Part shown: positions 18,543 through 27,944 of the stretch, one piece after another
Layout of the letters: each line of letters opens with the position of its first letter
Numbering within the stretch: position 1 is the stretch's first letter
Assembly (NCBI GenBank): GCA_001771185.1
Contig: METB01000001.1
Span: forward strand, 567,200-631,199
Length of the DNA: 64,000 bases
Reading direction: 5' to 3'
DNA from: a candidate division Kazan bacterium RIFCSPHIGHO2_01_FULL_44_14
Lineage (GTDB): Bacteria; Patescibacteriota; Kazan-3B-28
Made by a program: the position numbers and the translations under genes
The notes under the pieces: model-generated
Databases searched by the model: none
Told to the model about the DNA's origin: nothing
Seen by the model: only the letters and a program-made list of their open reading frames with translations

Positions 18543-18896
18543 ATGGGGGAGATAAATAGAGATATTTATGAGCGGTGTGTTAGGTTTTCGGAAGTTGCGG
18601 TAGCGGTTTTAAGGAAACTCAAACCTGACTATATTGATCGGGTATTAATTGTTCAGTTGGTGAGATCTGCTACTTCAGTTGGGGCAAATATGATGGAAGC
18701 CAGTGAGTCGGTTTCAAAAAGAGATTTTGTAAATCGATTAAGTATCGCATTAAAGGAAGCCAAAGAATCTCGATATTGGATTAAACTTTTGGCGGTAACG
18801 CATTCGGAAGTTGAATCGCTATTAGTTGAATCAGATGAAATAGTTAAAATTTTAGCCACCATCAAGAGAAGATATTTGCTTGCCACTCAAGTTTAA
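18543..18896 (+). CDS. four-helix-bundle protein (23S rRNA intervening-sequence protein family)
   Basis: 117 aa; motif LVRSATSVGANMMEASESVSKRDFVNRLSIALKEAKESRYWIKLL is typical of the TIGR02436-like four-helix-bundle family. Confidence 0.6.
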   Translation: MGEINRDIYERCVRFSEVAVAVLRKLKPDYIDRVLIVQLVRSATSVGANMMEASESVSKRDFVNRLSIALKEAKESRYWIKLLAVTHSEVESLLVESDEIVKILATIKRRYLLATQV

Positions 18897-18979
18897 TTGA
18901 TTAGATAATCTTAGGTTGTCTACCTTGTTACGCGGTTTGATTGATTAGATTGGTGTAGATTGGATAAATTGGTTAGATT

Positions 18980-19411
18980 ATGAGAGTTAAAATAACTCGA
19001 ATCGACAAGACCTTGCCGTTGCCGATCTATAAGACCAAGGGTTCGGTGGGGTTTGATTTAGTCACGCGAGAAGAAACAATTATTAATCCGGGTGAAATTG
19101 CGCGGATTCCCAGCAACGTCATTGTCCAAACGCCAAAGGGGTATATGTTGCTGTTAGCGCTTAGGAGTTCGACGCCCATCAAAAAGCCGGGGCTGATTGT
19201 CCCTCATAGTGTTGGGATTGTGGATCAAGATTACTCGGGACCGGAGGATGAAATAAGATTTCAAGTCCAGAATGTTGGCGACCAAGTAATTAAAGTGGAA
19301 AGAGGGGAATCGATTGGACAAGGTGTGTTTGTGAGGGTTGAACAGGCAAATTTTGTGGAAATCGATAGGCCAAACGGTGCTAGCCGGGGTGGATTTGGCA
19401 GTACTGGGTAA
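18980..19411 (+). CDS. dut: dUTP diphosphatase
   Basis: 143 aa; dUTPase motifs GIVDQDYSGPEDE (motif III) and C-terminal RGGFGSTG (motif V). Confidence 0.85.
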   Translation: MRVKITRIDKTLPLPIYKTKGSVGFDLVTREETIINPGEIARIPSNVIVQTPKGYMLLLALRSSTPIKKPGLIVPHSVGIVDQDYSGPEDEIRFQVQNVGDQVIKVERGESIGQGVFVRVEQANFVEIDRPNGASRGGFGSTG

Positions 19412-19502
19412 ACCTGTTATAGTAAGCAAGTTTCATAGAACATCACTGGGGGACAGGGATGTTTTTGTAATCTTGAAAATCTAATCTGGAGGTACACAAG
19501 TA

Positions 19503-20489
19503 ATGTGCAGTTTAGGGGATGGCGGTTTGGAAGAGGTTTTCCAGCCGGTGGATTATCTGCCTTACGAGCAGCGTCAGCCTAACATTCAGCTGGAGCTGAT
19601 TGGTGAACGGGTATTGGATGGTGAAAATTCTTGGAGAGAAGATTCTCCTCAAGGTTTTGACACCATCAAGACGGTCGGAGTGCAACTTAGGTTCGCGATG
19701 GAGCAGGGTTTCCCCATCTCCACAGCGCGTGACATGTTGGCTCCGATTATGCGCGGAGAGCAGACGTTGCCGAACATATTCGAACAGGCCATCGGGGAGT
19801 GGGCGGCGTTTGCTAACGGTGCTCACACAACAGCCAAATTTGAGAAGTTTGGTTGCTACTGGTGGGACAGGTTTCTCCCCGGCGACAGGACGGCGTTTGT
19901 CGGTCTACTCGAAGGGGACAATGGGGCTGGTTCCTATGGTCCGGCATTTACCAACTTTCCGACACACGAGGGTGTTGGTTTCGACCAGCTGACCGGAGTG
20001 ATTGAGCAGATGAAGAAATTTCCATCCCTGCGTAATCACTTAGTCAGTCCGTGGATTGCACCCTATGCTTTTCGTGGAAAAAGTCAAAAGGTGCTGGTGG
20101 CGCCTTGCCATGGCTGGATGCACTTCATGATCAACACAAAGGAAGGGGCGTTGACGATGCATCATATTCAGCGGTCCGGCGATTTGTTCGTCGGCGTGCA
20201 GGGCTGTAATATTCCGCAGTACGCGGTAGTCGGTCTGGTCGTAGCCAATATCTTGGGCCTAAAGTTCAAGGAACTGGTTTATACCATTTCGGATGCCCAC
20301 GTCTACGACTACAAGGATCAGATCAAGAAGGTGCGCAAGATTATTAAGCGCGCCAAGACAAATGCTCGCGCCTTTCCGACGGTCTGGCTGCAGCGTAACT
20401 TTACCGCTCTTGCGGAGATGCGACCGGAGCATTTTCATGTGGAGGACTATAATCCACATCCCAAGATGCTAGTGCCAACCCCTATCTAA
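19503..20489 (+). CDS. thymidylate synthase family protein (divergent ThyA or dUMP/dCMP hydroxymethylase-like)
   Basis: ThyA-like core FDQLTGVIEQMKKFPSLRNHLVSPWIAPYAF...APCHGWMHFMINTKEGALTMHHIQRSGDLFVGV with catalytic Cys in PCH; canonical QRSxD and PFNIASYAL motifs are substituted. Confidence 0.65.
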   Translation: MCSLGDGGLEEVFQPVDYLPYEQRQPNIQLELIGERVLDGENSWREDSPQGFDTIKTVGVQLRFAMEQGFPISTARDMLAPIMRGEQTLPNIFEQAIGEWAAFANGAHTTAKFEKFGCYWWDRFLPGDRTAFVGLLEGDNGAGSYGPAFTNFPTHEGVGFDQLTGVIEQMKKFPSLRNHLVSPWIAPYAFRGKSQKVLVAPCHGWMHFMINTKEGALTMHHIQRSGDLFVGVQGCNIPQYAVVGLVVANILGLKFKELVYTISDAHVYDYKDQIKKVRKIIKRAKTNARAFPTVWLQRNFTALAEMRPEHFHVEDYNPHPKMLVPTPI

Positions 20490-20504
20490 AGGAGGTGATT
20501 CGGG

Positions 20505-21449
20505 GTGAGTGTCAACATCATTGTGGCCATGGATCTGAATTTGGCCATTGGGAAAGAAGGCAAACTGCCTTGGGCTGGTAAATTACAGGCTGACATGGAG
20601 AGATTTAAAACTCTCACCATGGGTCACCCAGTGATTATGGGTCGCAAGACCTGGCAGTCGATTCCGGATAAGTATCGGCCGTTACCAGGGAGACGCAACA
20701 TTGTAGTCACGCGCCATATCGGCTCGTTCAATACTAGAGGCGCAGAGATCTGTACATCGCTGGAGGAGGCACTGAATCTCGTTGTCGAGCAAGCCGAGGT
20801 GTTTATCATTGGCGGAGCCGAGATTTATCGGCAGACATTGCAGTATGCCGACAGGCTCTATGTCACATGGTTAAATGCCAATGTGAGTGGAGACGTTTTC
20901 TTCCCCGCCATTTTCCTTGTCAGTCCGTGGGTTAAGGTGTTCGCGGAGCATCATACGGCGGACAGCAAAAATCTCTACGACTACGACTTCTGGATGCTGG
21001 AGAAGTGGCCAATCGTGAATCCCGATAATGCGCGAGCCGAATCTTACCGCGAGGAGTTAATCGCTATTGCCAACAGTGGACAGTGTCCTTTCTGCCCGGG
21101 TGGGTACACGCTGATCGATCCATCTCAGCAGAAGGATTTTGTCCACGAGAACGGCTCATGGTTGGTAAAGTTCAACAACCATCCGTTGTTGGGGGCGGAG
21201 AAGCATTTCACGCTAATTCTCAAAGCCCACAAGTGGAGGGTTAGAGAACTGAACATTCAAGAAAGCGGAGATCTCGTGCGGGCTGTCGACTGGATTATTC
21301 AGCGCTACTCGGTAAGGGGTGGAGCACTCTTTATGCGCGAGGGCGACAGCACTCTAACTGGTGCTACGGTTGGTCATCTACACGCGCAGTATGTCGTACC
21401 TAAAGTCGGCGAAGCTGTCAGCGCTCGCTTCGGTCCGCCTCCGGCCTAA
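20505..21449 (+). CDS. folA: dihydrofolate reductase fused to a C-terminal GalT-like HIT domain (GTG start)
   Basis: N-terminal 165 aa is DHFR (IVAMDLNLAIGKEGKLPWAGKLQADMERFKTLTMGHPVIMGRKTW...IGGAEIY); C-terminal ~150 aa has CPFC and a GHLHAQY (HxHxQ) triad like the galactose-1-P uridylyltransferase/Ap4A-phosphorylase branch of HIT proteins. Confidence 0.7.
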   Translation: MSVNIIVAMDLNLAIGKEGKLPWAGKLQADMERFKTLTMGHPVIMGRKTWQSIPDKYRPLPGRRNIVVTRHIGSFNTRGAEICTSLEEALNLVVEQAEVFIIGGAEIYRQTLQYADRLYVTWLNANVSGDVFFPAIFLVSPWVKVFAEHHTADSKNLYDYDFWMLEKWPIVNPDNARAESYREELIAIANSGQCPFCPGGYTLIDPSQQKDFVHENGSWLVKFNNHPLLGAEKHFTLILKAHKWRVRELNIQESGDLVRAVDWIIQRYSVRGGALFMREGDSTLTGATVGHLHAQYVVPKVGEAVSARFGPPPA

Positions 21450-21461
21450 GAGTTGTTCTTT

Positions 21462-22355
21462 TCAAACCGCCTCGTCTACGGACGAGGCGGTTTTTTCATC
21501 CGCGGTCACCGGTTTTACCCATATTAATTTCACTCCATGCTGTTTTAATGTGGTCTGACCATCTAGCATCGCGTAGCCGGAAGTAAAAAACAATTTTTTA
21601 ATGCCGGAGTGAGCGATGATGGCTGAGCAATCCGGACAAGGGAAGGTAGTAACATATAAGCTGGCATTTTCCAGTGAGATACCTTTCTGAGCGGCTTCAG
21701 CAATAACATACTGTTCAGCGTGCAGACCGTTGTGCAAGTGAGTGCTGGTTCCAAGTGGAACATAATTTCTGGGGTCGCCTTCGGCATAAGCGGCTTGAGG
21801 AGAGGGGAGGCGGAGATTGTGATGAGTGGCGATAATTTGACCATTTTTAACCAATACAGCGCCAACTTGGCGGAACCAGTCCGGGCTTTGTTGGCTGGCG
21901 TCTTTGGCCAGTTCCATTATTTGATTATCAAAATCAGCTTCGGAAATTACTGCATCATATTGAACTGGTTTTTGGGATGGGACGGTCTGTTCGTCCCAAC
22001 GCAGAAAAACGGGTAGATATTCAACTGTGATGTTGGAAAAGTATTGTTTAGCGAGCTCGCGTGAAATGGTCTCGTTGGCCAGCAGAACTTTAACCGGGCG
22101 CAAGTTGTTTAATTCTGTTTTGTTGATAACTCGCACAGATTTAAATAACTGCAAGCCGTCAATGATGGCGTGCATGTCTTCGGGTGCTATCGCGCGGATT
22201 TCACGCTGAATTAACGGGAAATCTTGGATGATATCAGAGCCAATAATACACAACTCATCCACCTGCGCCGATTGTTGGCGTAGGAGTTCGAGATAGCCCC
22301 GATGGAGTACGGGGATATAAAGCAGGAGAACTGTGGACACGGGTTTAGAGATCAA
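21462..22355 (-). CDS. dCMP/cytidine deaminase-family protein with an N-terminal ~130-aa domain of unknown function
   Basis: Zinc-binding deaminase motifs HAEQYVIAEAA and PCPDCSAIIAHSGI in the C-terminal half. Confidence 0.7.
   Translation of the reverse strand: MISKPVSTVLLLYIPVLHRGYLELLRQQSAQVDELCIIGSDIIQDFPLIQREIRAIAPEDMHAIIDGLQLFKSVRVINKTELNNLRPVKVLLANETISRELAKQYFSNITVEYLPVFLRWDEQTVPSQKPVQYDAVISEADFDNQIMELAKDASQQSPDWFRQVGAVLVKNGQIIATHHNLRLPSPQAAYAEGDPRNYVPLGTSTHLHNGLHAEQYVIAEAAQKGISLENASLYVTTFPCPDCSAIIAHSGIKKLFFTSGYAMLDGQTTLKQHGVKLIWVKPVTADEKTASSVDEAV
21465..21498. terminator. bidirectional intrinsic terminator between the folA-HIT gene and the convergent dCMP deaminase gene
   Basis: aaaccgcctcgtc-tacg-gacgaggcggtttttt. 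Confidence 0.6.
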
Positions 22356-22917
22356 TTAACTCTTCTAATCGTTTTTTGGCTTCTTCCACCATCTGGATAT
22401 TCATCATCCGGAGTTTGGCAGATGTGGTGGTTTCGGCTTGTTGAGGGAAGATTACAACTTCGCCACTATATTTTTTGATTTCAGTCCACTGGTCGGGAGT
22501 GTAATCGTTCATCTCCGAAATGACAAAGATATCTGGCTGGATTTTTTTGATTAGTTCATAGCCAGTAATGCCATGCTCGTCGTAGTCAGTAGTAATGGTG
22601 ACAAGGTCAACATGTCGCAAGTGGGTGAGCATCTCTAAGCGTTCTTCGGCGGGTACCAATGGACGGCGAGGGCCCTTGCGCAGTTTGACCGCTTCATCGG
22701 GATCAATGCCGACTATAACAATACCATTGCGTTGTTTTGCTAGTTCTAAATATCTGGCGTGACCAATGTGAGCCAGGTCGAATGTGCCGAGAACGAGAAT
22801 CACTTTCTCGCCGATTTGTTTCAAGGATTTAACAATTTCTGATAGTTGGTCGTGATCGGCGACGAATCGGCGTTTGAAGTTGGAACCTGGTCCAAAAATA
22901 TCCGCTTTGGTTTCCAT
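22345..22917 (-). CDS. cytidylyltransferase-family nucleotidyltransferase (TagD/RfaE-domain-II-like)
   Basis: HxGH motif LVLGTFDLAHIGHARYLELAK and C-terminal ISxxxxYTxxxW/ETTSAKL region similar to glycerol-3-P cytidylyltransferase; overlaps the downstream gene by 11 nt (operon). Confidence 0.6.
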   Translation of the reverse strand: METKADIFGPGSNFKRRFVADHDQLSEIVKSLKQIGEKVILVLGTFDLAHIGHARYLELAKQRNGIVIVGIDPDEAVKLRKGPRRPLVPAEERLEMLTHLRHVDLVTITTDYDEHGITGYELIKKIQPDIFVISEMNDYTPDQWTEIKKYSGEVVIFPQQAETTTSAKLRMMNIQMVEEAKKRLEELIDL

Positions 22918-23170
22918 AAAAAATAGACCTCAATTAGTGATATGCCCCCGTGGCTTCTATCTTACCATATTGCTTGACAGTCCTACGGGGGTCGGCTAGG
23001 ATGGACAAGTATCCTTTAGAGACAGCAGGCACATATTAAGCCCTGCCGAGAGGGAACAGATAACAAGCTAATAAGCTGGTTAGATGTCCGTCTCGGAGGA
23101 GATGGATTTTTTATAATTTTTGTCTGGATTCCGGGTCGAGCCCGGAATGACAGATGGGAGGAAAACGAAC

Positions 23171-23692
23171 ATGCCTAAAAGTAAGGCACAAAAAGGCGCG
23201 GTAATCGACAAACTCACTTCTGAACTGAAGGCGACCGAGTTTGGGGTGTTAACCGATTTTACCGGACTGACAATGCCAGACCTGGATACTTTTCGTAAAA
23301 AAGCTCGCGAACAGAGCGTGAAATATACAGCGGTGAAGGCCTCGCTATTTGATATTGCCGCCAAGAACGCTGGATTAACTGGAATGCCAATTGTTAAGAC
23401 GGGTAAGAGTTATGCTTTTGCTTCGGGTGGGCAAGATGAAGTCAGTATTGCAAAATTGGTTTATGAAATGGCCAAGAAGAGCGATAACCGAGTGCACATT
23501 GCTTCGGGTGTGGTCCATGGTGAAGTGATATCGGGAGCTATGGTAATGCAGTTAGCACAGTTACCATCACGCGAGGAGTTACTAAGCAGAGTGGTTGGGA
23601 GTATGAATGCCCCGATTTCAAACTTTGTTTATGGATTAAATTACAATTTACAGTCGTTTTATAACGTGATAAAAGCGATAGCAGTTAAATAA
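23171..23692 (+). CDS. rplJ: 50S ribosomal protein L10
   Basis: MPKSKAQKGAVIDKLTSELKATEFGVLTDFTGLTMPDLDTFRKKAREQSVKYTAVK; start taken at the ATG following GGGAGG (the ORF track extends through an upstream repeat element). Confidence 0.85.
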   Translation: MPKSKAQKGAVIDKLTSELKATEFGVLTDFTGLTMPDLDTFRKKAREQSVKYTAVKASLFDIAAKNAGLTGMPIVKTGKSYAFASGGQDEVSIAKLVYEMAKKSDNRVHIASGVVHGEVISGAMVMQLAQLPSREELLSRVVGSMNAPISNFVYGLNYNLQSFYNVIKAIAVK

Positions 23693-23830
23693 TAAAGGTG
23701 GTTCCTCCCTCCTTCGCCTAAATGGTTACGGACGGGCAGGTAGTACTTCGGGATAACAATTTATTGCTTTTCCGAGGAACCGAGGAAATACATTGGTAAA
23801 ATTATATAGGTAATTTAAAAGGAGAAGATT

Positions 23831-24370
23831 ATGGCAGACGAACAAGATGTCAATCCAGAAGAGCAGACCCCAGAAGTTTCCACCTCCGCTGAAGCTACGG
23901 CGGACAAAGTGGCGGACATGTCTGCTGTAGAAGAGTCAAAGGTCGACAGCAAGTCCACCGAAGCCAAAGCGAAGGTGGATGAGAGCCAATTGTCCGCTAA
24001 CGCAAAGAAAGTAGTGGACATGGTGAGTGATATGAAAGTACTGGAACTAGCCGAGCTAGTTAAAGTACTGGAAGACAAATTCGGTGTCAGTGCTGCACCA
24101 GTTGCAGTGGCCGCTGGTGGCGGAGTAGCTGCAGGCGGAGCCGAAGTCGAAGAGAAGAGTTCTTACAATGTAGTTTTGACTGATGCTGGTGCAAATAAAA
24201 TCGGTGTGATTAAAGCCGTTCGGGAAGTTGTGCCAGAACTTGGTTTGAAAGAAGCTAAGGACTTAGTTGAAGCCGCGCCAAAAGCCGTGAAGGAAGGCGT
24301 GAAGAAAGAACAAGCCGAAGAAATGAAGAAGAAGCTTGAGGAAGCTGGAGCGAAAGTCGACTTGCAATAA
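23831..24370 (+). CDS. rplL: 50S ribosomal protein L7/L12 with an acidic ~50-aa N-terminal extension
   Basis: Conserved L12 core [29 protein letters not shown]...[54 protein letters not shown] preceded by an AGGAG RBS. Confidence 0.85.
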   Translation: MADEQDVNPEEQTPEVSTSAEATADKVADMSAVEESKVDSKSTEAKAKVDESQLSANAKKVVDMVSDMKVLELAELVKVLEDKFGVSAAPVAVAAGGGVAAGGAEVEEKSSYNVVLTDAGANKIGVIKAVREVVPELGLKEAKDLVEAAPKAVKEGVKKEQAEEMKKKLEEAGAKVDLQ

Positions 24371-24434
24371 AACTAACAATAATATGAACAGCAAATCCCG
24401 GGCAATTCGGGATTTGTTGTTTAATAAGGTTAGA

Positions 24435-25532
24435 ATGACTATTCAATTCAAAATTATAGCGCAGGATGGAATGGCTCGAGTAGGGGAACTAATAACTGAT
24501 CATGGTGTTGTTCCTACCCCGACTATTACTTTGAATTACACTAACGCCTTAGAGAATTGGGGATTTAAACCAGAAGATATCACCGAGGCGAGAGATGTAA
24601 TTTTGTTGCGAAATACTTTTTGGTTAAAAGAGAGGGGAATTAGCAATGTGCGGGAAGGAGTGGAATGGCCAAGACCGGTAATGTCGGATTCGGGCGGGTT
24701 TCAAATGGTGAGTATGGGAAAACATTTGAAACAAAGTTTTAGAGGACTGGAATTTGATTTGGATAGTAGAAAAATCTTTATTGCACCTCACGAAGTAGTT
24801 GAGTGGGGCAAGAGTGCGGAGGTGGATTTAATTATGCCACTCGACAATACGGTGTACACAATGGACAGAAATCCATTGAAGTTTATTTGGTCGGCAGTCA
24901 TGACAGCGGTGTGGTTCCGTTACTCAAGAAAAGTTGCCGATGATAATTTGTATTACATCGTGCAGGGTGGATTGAACAAATTTGCACGACGAATTAGTTT
25001 ATGGGATGCCAATCGGCAACTGAAGAACGGGATTTCGGCGGTAGCGATTGGTGGGCTGGCATGGGACGAACCAAGGTCAGCGATGTATAAAATGGTAAAG
25101 TTTTGTACTCAACGGTTGCCGGGGAATAAACCGCGACACTTGTTGGGCGTATGTAAGCCAATTGATATTTTGGAATGTATCGAACGAGGAATCGATAGTT
25201 TTGATGGAATCGCGGCGACTCGTGAAGGTCGACATGGACGAGTGTGGCTATGGGGAGGTAAATATTTTGATATTAATAACTCACAATATGTTAATGATAA
25301 TGGTGTGCTGGATAGCCACTGTAGTTGCCCCGTTTGTCGGGCTGGTGTATCGCGGGCAGATATCCGGACTAGATTTAAGATAGGAGACAGAGAAGCGATT
25401 CGTCAGTTGATGGCGCACAATTGGCATCAAAATTATCAGTTGGTTAGTACGGCACGCCAGGCGATTGAAGAGGGGAAATTCAGAGAGTTTAAACGAGATT
25501 TTCTCGGTACCTTTAAGCCATTCGTCGGCTGA
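24435..25532 (+). CDS. tgt: queuine tRNA-ribosyltransferase (start uncertain: 24435 or 24471)
   Basis: Tgt motifs MARVGELITDHGVVPTPT, DSGGFQMVSMGKH, LLGVCKP and zinc site CSCPVCRAG...H; the ORF-track start at 24336 overlaps rplL and is unlikely. Confidence 0.8.
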   Translation: MTIQFKIIAQDGMARVGELITDHGVVPTPTITLNYTNALENWGFKPEDITEARDVILLRNTFWLKERGISNVREGVEWPRPVMSDSGGFQMVSMGKHLKQSFRGLEFDLDSRKIFIAPHEVVEWGKSAEVDLIMPLDNTVYTMDRNPLKFIWSAVMTAVWFRYSRKVADDNLYYIVQGGLNKFARRISLWDANRQLKNGISAVAIGGLAWDEPRSAMYKMVKFCTQRLPGNKPRHLLGVCKPIDILECIERGIDSFDGIAATREGRHGRVWLWGGKYFDINNSQYVNDNGVLDSHCSCPVCRAGVSRADIRTRFKIGDREAIRQLMAHNWHQNYQLVSTARQAIEEGKFREFKRDFLGTFKPFVG

Positions 25533-25574
25533 TGAACAGCTTTTTCTTAGTTGGGAGTGGGGTAGAGACTATTT

Positions 25575-25604
25575 CCGAATATTGAACGGCCGTTCAATAT
25601 TCGG
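25575..25604. repeat. 30-bp perfect palindrome with GAACGGCCGTTC core (copy 3), after tgt
   Basis: ccgaatattgaacggccgttcaatattcgg. Confidence 0.8.
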
Positions 25605-25793
25605 TTAGAGTTATCAATCTATTGTCACTCGTTACTCAATACCCATCACTCATAACTTATTTTTCTTGACCAGAAGCGGTTTTTGGGCTTTACTGGAGGC
25701 GTCCGCCTTCGCCAAGCCGACTACGCCACAAGGGCTACGACAGGCCAAAGGGCTACGGTGGATGAATCTTAAAAATAAGGGAGAGGTGAGTGT

Positions 25794-26309
25794 GTGATGA
25801 GAAGGAGTAGAGAAAGAAAACGGGACCCGAAGGTGATACACCGTGAGCAGCAAGTTGTTTACGGTGGGTTCGGGCTGATGATGTTTCTAGTAGCTGTTGT
25901 CCTGTTTGTTTCTCCGTGGATGATACCCAATCGTCCTATAGTTAAAATCGGCGATCAGGGTTTGAAATTGGCTGAAGCGCCGATCAGTGTAGCGTCTGCA
26001 GCTCGGAATACAGTGCAGACCCAGGATAATTGGTTCGAGGTCACGGTATATGACCAGGGCGGGATTAGTTCGAAATCTCTCGCGATTGAGGGCTATGAAT
26101 TAGGAAATCCTAATCCACTTTATCGAGTTCCGGTGATTAGCATGGATGCGAAAGCGACAAAGTGGAGTTCTATGGTGAATATCCCGACAGAACCCAAAAC
26201 GAGATTCGTTGTTTTAACACTTGAGTACCAGGTAAAAGATGGTAGTGTTAAACAATATCCGTACGTTCTGTTCTTGACTGATTCTGACAAGGAGAGTGAT
26301 GCCGAGTGA
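25794..26309 (+). CDS. hypothetical membrane-anchored protein
   Basis: 171 aa with one N-terminal TM helix. Confidence 0.45.
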   Translation: MMRRSRERKRDPKVIHREQQVVYGGFGLMMFLVAVVLFVSPWMIPNRPIVKIGDQGLKLAEAPISVASAARNTVQTQDNWFEVTVYDQGGISSKSLAIEGYELGNPNPLYRVPVISMDAKATKWSSMVNIPTEPKTRFVVLTLEYQVKDGSVKQYPYVLFLTDSDKESDAE

Positions 26310-26857
26310 ACAACCCAACAGCGGCGGTTGTAGTCATTGGCGTTCTGGTTATCTTGGCAGTGATGTGGGCGTTTGGGATGTTTCCTAAGATTGAATTGCA
26401 GACAAAAATTGCCGAATCGCAATCGTCATCGACCCAACCCACAGCATCGATTTCACTAAAACGGTCTCCCGAAAAAGTTGGTTTTTATATCAACAAAGAG
26501 TGGGGAAGACCGTTACAATCTGTTTTGGGGGTCGATAAGCAAGGGGTAAGTGGGTCTTACGATATCCCAGCTGGATTTGCTAAAGGTCCAGTGTATCGAA
26601 TCCCTAGTTCGACCTTTGATCTCTATTATTACCCGGCGGCATCTGCCCCGTTTGGGATTGTGGAGATGTATAAAGTGCTGGATGATGGAAAAACCAAAAG
26701 CGAACGCTTGTATACTTTCATTGGGAATGTTCAGCTAAACGATGAATGTTCAGTGGCTAAGTGGCAAGTGACGATTCCAGGGTCCGGTAAATATATCGTC
26801 CTAGATCCAGGACGCATGACCTGGACAGAGAATTATTATTTGTACTTAGAATACTAA
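26306..26857 (+). CDS. hypothetical membrane-anchored protein
   Basis: 183 aa; TM helix near the N-terminus; overlaps the previous stop by 4 nt; followed by a terminator at ~26859-26883. Confidence 0.45.
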   Translation: MNNPTAAVVVIGVLVILAVMWAFGMFPKIELQTKIAESQSSSTQPTASISLKRSPEKVGFYINKEWGRPLQSVLGVDKQGVSGSYDIPAGFAKGPVYRIPSSTFDLYYYPAASAPFGIVEMYKVLDDGKTKSERLYTFIGNVQLNDECSVAKWQVTIPGSGKYIVLDPGRMTWTENYYLYLEY

Positions 26858-26967
26858 ACGCGGGCCCTCGGGCCCGCTTTTTTCTTGCTTTGGTAGCGAA
26901 GTTCTGGTTTACTGGAGGCGTTCTGTTGTATGGCAGGATGAAATCTTGAAAATTTGGAGGGAGAGAT

Positions 26968-27870
26968 ATGACTAGATTATGGTTAATTTGCTTGGTGTTG
27001 GCGGTTGTGACTGGTTGTAGTAAACCAGAACCGCTGGAGTTTTCAACACTTCAGGGGCCTCTCTTGACCAAGTGGGAAGGAGAGATGAAAAAAACTGTTG
27101 TGTATGCATCATCGGATTTGCCGAGCGAGGGAGGGCTATGGATTGATAATGGTCTCGGTTGGCAAGGGCCATTTGATGCATTTAGACCAGCACCATTTTA
27201 TGCGCCAAAATTTCGATTATATGTTGGACGTATAAGCAGGTCGGTTTGGTGGAACTTGCCAACGACTCCAGTTGCATTTACCGCTACTAGTGGTTTAAGT
27301 CAGAGCGTAGTTGATTCAGTCGGTTCGGCGCGATTAATTAACGCAGATAAAGTTGGACGTCTGATTCAAATACAAATCAATCAACGTACTGCCGATGGAC
27401 TGTATTGGATGGAACGAGCAGATTCTCTTGCATGTGTGTATGTTGACCCGCTGGCAATTCTCCGATGGCACGATGACCCAGTAAATGATAGAACAATTCG
27501 GATGTTAAATAAGCGGGGGAAGGAGTTTTGTTACGCATTACAAACCGAGAATGGACAATGGAGTTTGGGCGCAGAGCGGTTCGGTGTTCCCCTCCCATCG
27601 CATTTTTCCGTTGAGTTCCGTGGTGTATCAAAGATGCCTTATTATTATCACTGGACAATGCTTCTTGATTATCAACCAAAAGTAGGGATATTGGTGTCGG
27701 CTGGACTGCCAGGAGACCCAATGAAATTATTGGAGAATGGTACAGTAACGGTTCGACAGATTCCAAGCAACCCATACATTACTAGGGCAGATATTGACTT
27801 GAATCTTGGGGTAGAAAACCCCAGCAATGAAGCACTAGAATTAAGGAATGGAATATATATGTTTTTTTGA
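26968..27870 (+). CDS. lipoprotein, hypothetical
   Basis: Signal peptide with lipobox LAVVTGC; GGAGGG RBS; terminator hairpin plus T-run at ~27884-27918. Confidence 0.55.
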   Translation: MTRLWLICLVLAVVTGCSKPEPLEFSTLQGPLLTKWEGEMKKTVVYASSDLPSEGGLWIDNGLGWQGPFDAFRPAPFYAPKFRLYVGRISRSVWWNLPTTPVAFTATSGLSQSVVDSVGSARLINADKVGRLIQIQINQRTADGLYWMERADSLACVYVDPLAILRWHDDPVNDRTIRMLNKRGKEFCYALQTENGQWSLGAERFGVPLPSHFSVEFRGVSKMPYYYHWTMLLDYQPKVGILVSAGLPGDPMKLLENGTVTVRQIPSNPYITRADIDLNLGVENPSNEALELRNGIYMFF

Positions 27871-27944
27871 AGTCATGTTAGATAGTTGCGGTCCGATGTT
27901 ACATCGGGCCGCTTTTTTTATGCCAAGACATTATACTGAAGGAG

